Shown in pieces: positions 19,608-27,445 of a stretch of DNA of 64,000 nt. The stretch's first letter is position 1; every line of letters starts with the position of its first letter. The stretch is from IMG/VR virus record IMGVR_UViG_3300020391_000004, positions 32,001 through 96,000 of that record. One strand, written 5' to 3'. The DNA comes from a virus. Position numbers and translations under genes: made by a program. The notes under the pieces are model-generated. The model worked only from the letters and a program-made list of their open reading frames with translations, made no database searches and was not told the DNA's origin.

Positions 19608-19992
19608 CTCTAAGCCACTGACCAACTTTAATTAGTTCATTACTATCCTCAAAACAAATTGCATCCACACTAGTGTAACCCATAAACTTTATTGCTTGTA
19701 ATCTATTAGTACCCATTTTAAGTGCCCATATCATTCCATCATCACACACTATCGGAGGATTAATTTTATCCCACATATCTTTATACATTTTCCAACTAGC
19801 AAATTTTGTATTCCACCATTCAGGTGTAACTTTATAATATAGTAAAGGGTACCATAAACCGTTGTCAATAATTTTTGGTAAATCTCTCCATGCCCAACGA
19901 TTATCATCTTTCCATGTCATTGGACTAAAATTACTTACAGGTACACTATGAATATTTTGTAGGTCTCTATATTTGGCAGTACAGTGTTTCAT
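19585..19992 (-). CDS. ParB/sulfiredoxin-like domain protein
   Basis: GTNRLQAIKFMGYTSVDAI resembles the G-x-H/N-R-x-x-A ParB/Srx motif. Confidence 0.4.
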   Translation of the reverse strand: MKHCTAKYRDLQNIHSVPVSNFSPMTWKDDNRWAWRDLPKIIDNGLWYPLLYYKVTPEWWNTKFASWKMYKDMWDKINPPIVCDDGMIWALKMGTNRLQAIKFMGYTSVDAICFEDSNELIKVGQWLRDEDPYNV

Positions 19993-20011
19993 TATAACTG
20001 TATTTAATCAT

Positions 20012-20041
20012 AAAAAAAGCGGTGCTAAAAAACACCGCTTT
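20012..20041 (-). terminator. Intrinsic terminator
   Basis: AGCGGTG/CACCGCT stem followed by a T run on the minus strand. Confidence 0.8.
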
Positions 20042-20064
20042 AAATTTACGTATGTAATTACTAA

Positions 20065-20457
20065 TTAAGCAATAGCATCCTGCTTGTTCTCGGATGGTCC
20101 ACCACGTATTACTGTTGCTGAACTAAAGTTTAGTCCATCAACTGTACCTAATGCTCTTAGTGCTGTTTGCATTACTGTCATAGTAGCGAAGTCTGCAACA
20201 TCTTCATCGTCACCAACAATACCTTCAATACCAATTATTTGCTTTGTGTTACTGTCAAATAATGGTCCGAGGTAAATGATTGTTCCGAATCTACCTATTG
20301 TTTTAAAACATGCATCTAATGCTGACGCTGGACCAGTTTTTGCATTTACTGCTGCCAAGTAGTCAACTTCAATGTATGTTATTTCTTCTGCACTACCGCC
20401 CAATGACACCGGAAAAGTTGGTGTTGATACTGGGTGTATTCTTGTTAATTCTGCCAT
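20065..20457 (-). CDS. Small virion protein, paralog A
   Basis: MAELTRIH start; MQTALRALGT shared with 20800..21207. Confidence 0.55.
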   Translation of the reverse strand: MAELTRIHPVSTPTFPVSLGGSAEEITYIEVDYLAAVNAKTGPASALDACFKTIGRFGTIIYLGPLFDSNTKQIIGIEGIVGDDEDVADFATMTVMQTALRALGTVDGLNFSSATVIRGGPSENKQDAIA

Positions 20458-20474
20458 TTTTTTATTCCTTTATA

Positions 20475-20774
20475 TTATTCAAAATGTGCTACAACAGATG
20501 ATGTAATACCTGTCGCGCCTATACCAAAATTTGATCCTGCCGCTGGTGCAACGCCTTCAGAAAGTACGTGTACTGCATCAGATGCACCTGCGTTAAATCC
20601 ACCTGTCGTATCATCAGCTATTGCAACGACTGTAGCAGTCTGCTGAATAAATCTTATTGCGGCATCAAGTTCATCTTGTGTGATATTTGATTTGGCTAAC
20701 TTTGTTATGTGAAGTGCTTTACCATGTGAGTTAAACACTTTTACGTTTCCTGTGAAATCTGTATTTACAGCCAT
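20475..20774 (-). CDS. Small virion protein, paralog B
   Basis: Ala/Thr/Gly-rich, in tandem with A and C. Confidence 0.5.
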   Translation of the reverse strand: MAVNTDFTGNVKVFNSHGKALHITKLAKSNITQDELDAAIRFIQQTATVVAIADDTTGGFNAGASDAVHVLSEGVAPAAGSNFGIGATGITSSVVAHFE

Positions 20775-20799
20775 TTGTTAGTCTCCTATATTATAACTA

Positions 20800-21207
20800 T
20801 TATACAAATTCTAAGCCGCTAGAGGATACACTTGATCCTGATACGTCTACACTGTTACCACCTACTGAAGTACCTAGAGCACGTATTGCTGCTTGTAATG
20901 TTGTTGTTGTCCATGCACCTTTAGGGTATACTGCAACTGATATCTGACCAGTTGTATCACCTTCTACTTGATACATTTCAATATTTGCTTTGGTTGTAAT
21001 TTCCTGAAACATTTTCTCTACTGACTCACCAGCATCTAATTCGTTACGAATATCGTTTACGTCACCAGATACATCTTGTTGGATGATTTTAAAGAAATCC
21101 AGGTCTGGACCTGTCAGTATGACTAATTCGTCACCACTAATAGCACCGGTGGTTCCACCGGATCCTTGTCCTTTTACGTTACCATTTGTACGGGTAATTT
21201 CCGCCAT
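20800..21207 (-). CDS. Small virion protein, paralog C
   Basis: MAEITRTNG start; LQAAIRALGT. Confidence 0.55.
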   Translation of the reverse strand: MAEITRTNGNVKGQGSGGTTGAISGDELVILTGPDLDFFKIIQQDVSGDVNDIRNELDAGESVEKMFQEITTKANIEMYQVEGDTTGQISVAVYPKGAWTTTTLQAAIRALGTSVGGNSVDVSGSSVSSSGLEFV

Positions 21208-21251
21208 TTAGTTTCTCCTAGTTGTTTTTGTAAGTATAACTTACATGCATA

Positions 21252-21259
21252 TATTTATA
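21252..21259 (-). promoter_or_regulatory. T4-type late promoter TATAAATA
   Basis: Exact match upstream of the three small virion genes. Confidence 0.7.
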
Positions 21260-21274
21260 TAAAACTAAGAAAAT

Positions 21275-22000
21275 CTAATCTATCATTTTTCCTATGGCTA
21301 CACCTGTAGCAAACCCTGCGGCTGCTTTAGCCCATAACGGAAGTTTTTTATCTTGAGGAATAAGTTTTTTATTTTTAATCGTGCCCATGTATTGTCTACT
21401 AATATCACTGCGGAACTTTCCATCTACACGTTGACTATTAACCATTCTAGCACTTAATCCTGCACGTTCGCCTTGTCCTGTGCGTCCATAGTCAGCACTA
21501 ACACGCCTTGCTTGTTTTAGAAAACTACTGTTTATTCCTAAATCCTTTTGTGTTTTAATTAAAAATGATCTGTCCATTGCCATGTTATCTCTACCAGATG
21601 CAATATCTCTGAGATATCTTTTGAATTGTATTTCGTTAAAGTTTACACTGCCTGAACTAGTCACACCTTTATATTTGTTGGGATTATTAATTATACTTGC
21701 TAAGTTATGTAAATCTGTACCACCTGGCTTAATTCCTGAGAAGTTCATAAATTTTAGTGTATCTTTTGCATACTTTTTTGCAAACGCAGGATTTTCAAAA
21801 CGCATCTGTTGTAGCATTAATAGTTGTTCGAAATAACTTTCTGCTACATCAGTCATATCTCTCCCTAAAGCATCACTTCCTGTACGTATGTAGCGAGCTT
21901 CAGTAATTTCATCTCTAATAAAACTATATTTCTTTTTCTTCTCTACTGTATGACCACCATACATAGTAGCCCATTCATTTGCTGTATATTTTTCTGACAT
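21275..22000 (-). CDS. Hypothetical head-module protein
   Basis: ITE|ARY site; hydrophobic C-terminus. Confidence 0.55.
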   Translation of the reverse strand: MSEKYTANEWATMYGGHTVEKKKKYSFIRDEITEARYIRTGSDALGRDMTDVAESYFEQLLMLQQMRFENPAFAKKYAKDTLKFMNFSGIKPGGTDLHNLASIINNPNKYKGVTSSGSVNFNEIQFKRYLRDIASGRDNMAMDRSFLIKTQKDLGINSSFLKQARRVSADYGRTGQGERAGLSARMVNSQRVDGKFRSDISRQYMGTIKNKKLIPQDKKLPLWAKAAAGFATGVAIGKMID

Positions 22001-23368
22001 TTATTTTGCTCTCAATTTATCGAAGTATCCACTTCCAGGCCCACTCTTAATTGGTTTAAAATCTAAAACTTTATCAGGTGCTTTTCTGCCTTTGTAAATT
22101 ATATCTGTATCTTTTTTTGGATCATAAGGTCTGTATTTTGGACCAGGCACTACAGAAACTGGTGTAATCGGTCTTTGTCTTAGTGGTGTTGTGTTTTTTT
22201 GCACTCTATTTTTATTTTGTACTCTATTTTTTGGATCTACCTTAGGACTTAGTTTTGGATCTAATTTTGGATCTAACTTAGGATCAAGTTTAGGATCTAA
22301 CTTAGGACTTAGTTTAGGATCTAACTTAGGACTTAGTTTAGGATCTAGCTTAGGCAATGTTTTTATTTTTACTTTTGGTTGAACTTTAGGTTTAGTAATT
22401 ACTTTGTCAAAATCCGGATCAAAATCTTGTTTAATTTTTTTCTCTAGGTCTTTTTTAATTTTATTTTGTACTTTTGGTGTGACAATAGTTGTTGAACCGT
22501 CATTGTTATTAATTGTTGTTCCTATTTTTGGTAACTTCTTGACATCTACTTTAGGTGCTTTACTTTTATCTATAACAGGACCAGTAGGCTCTTTTACTTT
22601 AGGTTCACTACTACTTCCTCCGAAACCAAATAATCCTTTAATACCGTCAATTACTTTATCTACTATGTTTTTATCTTTATTTTTAATTACATTATCGATA
22701 CGTTTATTGACTTTATCAATTGTTTTCTTAGTATCACGGACATCTTTTCCGCCACCCTGAAATTTTTTAGGAGTTTTATCGCCACCCGACACATTACTTC
22801 CACCTGGTGGTTTATTGCTTCCGCCTCCGCCAAATTTATTTCCACTTCCGATACCGGAATCTTTTCTCTTTTTAGCAATGTCTTTTAATTTATCGCCAAC
22901 CTTTTTTGCAATCTCTTCTTTTTCTTTATTTGTAAGTTTACGTTTTAATCCTTGAGGTCTAAATCTACCTGGTATATCAAATTTTTGACCTTTTTTAGGT
23001 CCTGATGTATAAGTGCCCGTAATATTAGGTTCTTTCTTAGGTTTTAAACTAGGACCAAACAGATCCCTATCGCCTTTTTTTACATTGTTTGGTTTAAACT
23101 GATTAGGCTTAACTTTGTTACCTTTTTGTAGTTCTTTAGCTACCTTATTAACACTATTAGGATTATTTTTTAACCACTGTGATACTCTACCAGCATTTTT
23201 ACGTGTTAAATTAAGACCTAGTGAACGTAGTATTTGAAACAATGCACCACCTATTGCAATTGTTCCTGGATTAATTACAAATTCATTAAGATGATCCCTC
23301 TGTGAACAATATATACCTATTGAGTCTTCTCTTAGTGTTGTTTTATTTTCAAACTCACGTAATCTCAC
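22001..23368 (-). CDS. Lys/Pro-rich low-complexity internal-protein-like polypeptide
   Basis: MRLREF start, LNE|FV site, GGG linkers, PKLD/PKLS repeats. Confidence 0.6.
   Translation of the reverse strand: MRLREFENKTTLREDSIGIYCSQRDHLNEFVINPGTIAIGGALFQILRSLGLNLTRKNAGRVSQWLKNNPNSVNKVAKELQKGNKVKPNQFKPNNVKKGDRDLFGPSLKPKKEPNITGTYTSGPKKGQKFDIPGRFRPQGLKRKLTNKEKEEIAKKVGDKLKDIAKKRKDSGIGSGNKFGGGGSNKPPGGSNVSGGDKTPKKFQGGGKDVRDTKKTIDKVNKRIDNVIKNKDKNIVDKVIDGIKGLFGFGGSSSEPKVKEPTGPVIDKSKAPKVDVKKLPKIGTTINNNDGSTTIVTPKVQNKIKKDLEKKIKQDFDPDFDKVITKPKVQPKVKIKTLPKLDPKLSPKLDPKLSPKLDPKLDPKLDPKLDPKLSPKVDPKNRVQNKNRVQKNTTPLRQRPITPVSVVPGPKYRPYDPKKDTDIIYKGRKAPDKVLDFKPIKSGPGSGYFDKLRAK
22229..22354 (-). repeat. Coding 12-nt tandem repeat (P-K-L/V-D/S) x ~10
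   Basis: PKLDPKLSPKLDPKLSPKLDPKLDPKLDPKLDPKLSPKVDPK; synonymous variation between units. Confidence 0.9.
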
Positions 23369-24795
23369 TACTTGCTCCAGTTCTTGACTGCATTAAAGTT
23401 GTTCTTTGAAAACTCCATACGATCTACTAGTTTTACTGCACCATTTTCTGTGCCTATAGCTACAAACCCTTCAGGGTTAACTACTTGATAGCCTTTGTCT
23501 GTTCTTAACAATGTCTGTATAGTGTCTACTTTATTCAATTTATTTATTAGCATATTCTTAAGTGCAATTATGTCTTTGTAAACTGCTAGTGCGCCTGATA
23601 TTCCCTTCATGTTTTTAGTTACATATTCATTTTGGGCATTAATTTTATCTGTGCGTCTTTTTACTGCAGGACTGGCTGGATCTTGATTCTTAAGTTTTGA
23701 TATCTCTTTTTGCACTTTACCATTATACCAATTACTAAAATCTTGTACAAAAACATCTGGCTCAGTAGTCTGCGTATCACCCCTACGTATTCTTGCATTT
23801 ATATATTGCATGAATAATTCTTGATATTCTTTATTATTTACTGTTTCGAAGTTAGCAGTTTTCATTGCTTTAGCAGTATCGTTTACTCCAATTAGTATTT
23901 GTTTATTTTCTTCTGGAGTAAGACTTGCTTGTCCACTTAGGTCTTTATAAGTAGCATCATCAAACCATACGTCTTTAGTTTTATTATATCCACTTATGTC
24001 TACACCAAAACTTGCCTTCATATCTTCCATGTTATCGCCTGTATAGGTTGTGTGAAATATCATACCCATTTGACTTTGTGCTATACGTTTACCTAAATTA
24101 CTGTCCTTAGGTACTGCATAAGCAATTGTATTAGGCTGAAATATAAAACTTTCTTTTCCGTCTATTTCTCCGTCTTCTAAGTCTGCCTTAGTATACATCA
24201 TGTCACCTTGTACAACTCCTTGTATACCTAATTTTGAAAGTAATTGTAATGCTAGTGCAAGTTTTGCACGTAGGTTGCCTTCGTATCCATAGCGATCTAA
24301 GTCTTCCATACTTTTTACAAGTTTACCTGTTTGACTAAAAACACCTTTAGTTCCTACAAAAAACTTTCCGTCTGCAGGATCTATACCTGTAAATATTGCT
24401 GGTGCACCATCCCACTTTACTGTAAGACCTTTACCTACACTACCACCTTCTTCTAGCATATCTCTAACACTATTGATATACTGTAGTGCTTCCTTGGCAC
24501 CACTAGCACCTTTAAGAAATACTAAATCCTCAATATGTTCTAAGTGTAGATTCTTGCCTTCTTTATCTTCTAAAGTAATATCGTCTGTAATTTGTGCAAG
24601 TTTTTTACCCATGTCAACTGCTGATGTAGTATTTGAATTGTCACTACTACTACCACTAGACGCCAGAGTACCAGCCGCTGCTCCTATAGTCCTAATTGCG
24701 GCTGCACCTACTCTTGCCGCACCTGCGACAACGGCTGCTACTACAGGAGCAATTTCGTTTATTTGTTTCCTATTTTTAAATTCTCTTAGACGCAT
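23368..24795 (-). CDS. DUF6267-like protein with ligase/nucleotidyltransferase motifs
   Basis: KNLHLEHIED, TVKWDGAPAIF, QGDMMY, EGFVA, VKLVDR. Confidence 0.65.
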   Translation of the reverse strand: MRLREFKNRKQINEIAPVVAAVVAGAARVGAAAIRTIGAAAGTLASSGSSSDNSNTTSAVDMGKKLAQITDDITLEDKEGKNLHLEHIEDLVFLKGASGAKEALQYINSVRDMLEEGGSVGKGLTVKWDGAPAIFTGIDPADGKFFVGTKGVFSQTGKLVKSMEDLDRYGYEGNLRAKLALALQLLSKLGIQGVVQGDMMYTKADLEDGEIDGKESFIFQPNTIAYAVPKDSNLGKRIAQSQMGMIFHTTYTGDNMEDMKASFGVDISGYNKTKDVWFDDATYKDLSGQASLTPEENKQILIGVNDTAKAMKTANFETVNNKEYQELFMQYINARIRRGDTQTTEPDVFVQDFSNWYNGKVQKEISKLKNQDPASPAVKRRTDKINAQNEYVTKNMKGISGALAVYKDIIALKNMLINKLNKVDTIQTLLRTDKGYQVVNPEGFVAIGTENGAVKLVDRMEFSKNNFNAVKNWSK

Positions 24796-25039
24796 TGCTT
24801 TCGTTTACTTTTCTAATTCCACGTACAAATCTTGTTTTATCTTGATGTTTAATACTATTCAATAATCTTCTTTCCAAGTCACCTGCGACTGTGCTGTCAT
24901 AGTGCTTGTGCATTTCGTTAATAAGATTGATGGCGCTCTCTATCACGTTAGTTGCTCGACTTTCTAAAACATGTTGCCTATCTTTTTCTACAATCATGCT
25001 GTTTAGTTCGTGTAAAATACTACGAGTCTTTTTACGCAT
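24776..25039 (-). CDS. Hypothetical protein
   Basis: TRSILHEL...LESRA.NVIESAINL; TAAATA promoter about 25 nt upstream. Confidence 0.6.
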   Translation of the reverse strand: MRKKTRSILHELNSMIVEKDRQHVLESRATNVIESAINLINEMHKHYDSTVAGDLERRLLNSIKHQDKTRFVRGIRKVNESNASKRI

Positions 25040-25122
25040 TTTTATATCCTATTCATTTTATGTATTTATCGTATCAAATTAGTATAGCACACTACTAAAT
25101 ACATTGCAAGGAGAGAATTCAA

Positions 25123-25608
25123 ATGGGACAATTCAACAATAAAATTATGGCTGAGTTTAATCCACCTCGTAAGTGGACACTTGGTAGGGATTTATCTTAC
25201 ACAACAAAAGATCTTACTGTAGATGAAATTAAAGCACTAAAAGGTGTAGGTGTAAAAGTTGTTAGAGAAACTAATAAGACAGAAACAATTACAGTGCCAA
25301 CAGGATTTGTAACTGACTTAGCATCAGTTCCCAGAGCAATGTGGTGGTTAATAGCACCATTTGATGTTGCAAGAGCGGCCATTATACATGACTTGTTATA
25401 TAAATCAATAAGACAATACCGTTGGAAGAAAAAAGACAAACAAGATAGCGAACTTGTTAAGGCGGCAAAAATTGCATCAGATAAAGTTTTCTTATTAGGT
25501 ATGAGAGATGCTGATCCAAAGATTCCTAGATACAAGATTTACTTGTCTTGGAAAGCAGTAGATTTATTTGGTAATGGTTCTATAGTTCCAAACGAAAATA
25601 ATATATAA
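25123..25608 (+). CDS. DUF1353 domain protein
   Basis: VPTGFVTDLASVP...AAIIHDLLY; AGGAGAGA RBS and TAAATA upstream. Confidence 0.8.
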   Translation: MGQFNNKIMAEFNPPRKWTLGRDLSYTTKDLTVDEIKALKGVGVKVVRETNKTETITVPTGFVTDLASVPRAMWWLIAPFDVARAAIIHDLLYKSIRQYRWKKKDKQDSELVKAAKIASDKVFLLGMRDADPKIPRYKIYLSWKAVDLFGNGSIVPNENNI

Positions 25609-26607
25609 TTACCACTTCCTAATATTATTAGGTAGCTTAAAATTTGTAATATTATCAAATTGAGATATAAATTTATCTAAATTATCTCTTACTAGTGATA
25701 AATTTTTTAAATGCCTATCCATAAAATCTAACTTTTTAACATTGCTATTTTCTAAAAGTTTGCGATTGTGTTCTAAAGCATTACAAACTCTTAGTGCCGG
25801 ATGTAGTTCATACTGATAACTATGATCTACAACGTCATTAAAAACATCAAATCCTATACTAGTAAGTTTTTCTGGCAGTTTGTATCCTCCACAGAATATA
25901 GGAAAACAACATCCATAAATTGACATCAAATATTTTTCTGTAATACTACATGCTTTTTCCCAAAATACTGGTTCAGTTATAATTGCAAAAGTACTAGAAC
26001 AAAACTTTTCTTTAAAAACATCATTCCACATTGAAGCATTTCCTAAGCCTATATTACGATAATATTTTTGTGCTTTTTGATTTTTATAAGGGATAAATTT
26101 TTTTGTCAAAAAGTCGTCAAAAGAATAATTTGTTAGCCGTGTATATTCTTGCACTTTACTAAAGTCATTATCTGTTATCTCCCATCCTTGAGTATAATCA
26201 AAATCTATATTCTTGTTTTGTTTAAACCATGCACTGACAAGAAGTCTATTTTCTCTAAGTTTATTCATCATTACAAAACAGTTTTGTTTATCTGAATATT
26301 CTGTTGTGTTAGAGTGCTCCAAGAAATCAAGACATTCGGCAAAAAATGCACGATGAGGTACACATGTATGAGGGTATGGAAAATCTGTGTATTCTAAGTA
26401 GTGATTCATATATACATGTTCTACATCTATATTGTTATCTTTAATAATCTGCTCTATACTATTGTAAGATTGATCATAGTAAATGCTACCTGTTTCTAAG
26501 TCTGCTTCTATTGAGTGAATGTGAGAAAGAGGCTGATGATCAATAACTAGAACAATACCTTTATTTTGTGGTAGACATGTTGTATAAGTTGGAGTTATTA
26601 CTAACAT
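25609..26607 (-). CDS. GT10-like protein, paralog 2
   Basis: FAIITEP...ITEKY......FPIF.GG...L.SIGFDVF.DVVDHSY. Confidence 0.5.
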   Translation of the reverse strand: MLVITPTYTTCLPQNKGIVLVIDHQPLSHIHSIEADLETGSIYYDQSYNSIEQIIKDNNIDVEHVYMNHYLEYTDFPYPHTCVPHRAFFAECLDFLEHSNTTEYSDKQNCFVMMNKLRENRLLVSAWFKQNKNIDFDYTQGWEITDNDFSKVQEYTRLTNYSFDDFLTKKFIPYKNQKAQKYYRNIGLGNASMWNDVFKEKFCSSTFAIITEPVFWEKACSITEKYLMSIYGCCFPIFCGGYKLPEKLTSIGFDVFNDVVDHSYQYELHPALRVCNALEHNRKLLENSNVKKLDFMDRHLKNLSLVRDNLDKFISQFDNITNFKLPNNIRKW

Positions 26608-26616
26608 TTTATTATC

Positions 26617-27333
26617 TTAATAATCATGTAAACTTCTCCAATGCTTCCATATTTCAATAGACTCTGACCAATCGTGCTTACCAATATTCATTTGTTTTTG
26701 TATCTTTTGTAATATTTTGAAAAAACTATCTTGATGTAGCATATCGCTTAAATTTACGCTAACACCTTGTAACGCATTATTGTTAAGATAATCTACAATT
26801 GAGTAGTCTATTATATTCTCTTTTATAAATCTATATAGATTATTAGTCTTAATCTTATATTGATTGTTAAAGTTTCCAACCGCATAACTTGGTCTATGTT
26901 GATGTTGTGTTATAATATAAGTGTTGTTATTTTTTTCTACGCTAAATTGTTTTTTCCAGCGACTCTTACGATACCATTTAAGACTATTTTTATCAACATT
27001 AATGTTCACACAAAAATAGTTTTGCATAAAGCGAGCAGTGTAAGTTTTCTGCCACAATGTGGGTATCCATAAGTTAGGAAAATTAATATCTAGTTGGTCT
27101 ATATCGTCTCCTCGAGGATACATAGCACTTACATATTTTTGGAAGTTCCATGGATTTGTTGGCTCTGCATCTAACCAGTTATCAAAGTTTCCTGTATATC
27201 TTGACTTTGCATAATCTAATTCGCTAAAATTAGTTGTATTCCAACTTGCTATTTCTGAATGGGTGCCTAAACATGTTACAAGCATCTTTCCTGCCGCACC
27301 AGGAGGAAATTTTATTAACAAGAATCTATTCAT
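26617..27333 (-). CDS. P-loop/sulfotransferase-like protein, paralog 1
   Basis: FPPGAAGKMLVTCL N-terminal loop. Confidence 0.35.
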   Translation of the reverse strand: MNRFLLIKFPPGAAGKMLVTCLGTHSEIASWNTTNFSELDYAKSRYTGNFDNWLDAEPTNPWNFQKYVSAMYPRGDDIDQLDINFPNLWIPTLWQKTYTARFMQNYFCVNINVDKNSLKWYRKSRWKKQFSVEKNNNTYIITQHQHRPSYAVGNFNNQYKIKTNNLYRFIKENIIDYSIVDYLNNNALQGVSVNLSDMLHQDSFFKILQKIQKQMNIGKHDWSESIEIWKHWRSLHDY

Positions 27334-27339
27334 TACATT

Positions 27340-27368
27340 ATTATATATTCACTTTTTTTCTAAATCAA
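27340..27368 (-). promoter_or_regulatory. sigma70-type promoter
   Basis: TTGATT-N17-TATAAT, divergent from the dnaE-like gene. Confidence 0.55.
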
Positions 27369-27379
27369 TCTTTAACTGG

Positions 27380-27445
27380 TATAAATAAAACGTTGCAACT
27401 TGCAACACTAGGCACATAAAGAATTTAGACAAACTAGAGGCACAA
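27380..27445 (+). promoter_or_regulatory. Late promoter, hairpin and two AGGCACA boxes ahead of the dnaE-like gene
   Basis: TATAAATAAAAC 27380-27391; GTTGCA-ACT-TGCAAC 27392-27406; AGGCACA 27410-27416 and 27438-27444. Confidence 0.6.

Noticed and set aside
22229-22354. Tandem repeat as a CRISPR array
   Set aside because: The 12-nt units are in frame, have no unique spacers and encode PKLD/PKLS; no cas operon is present.
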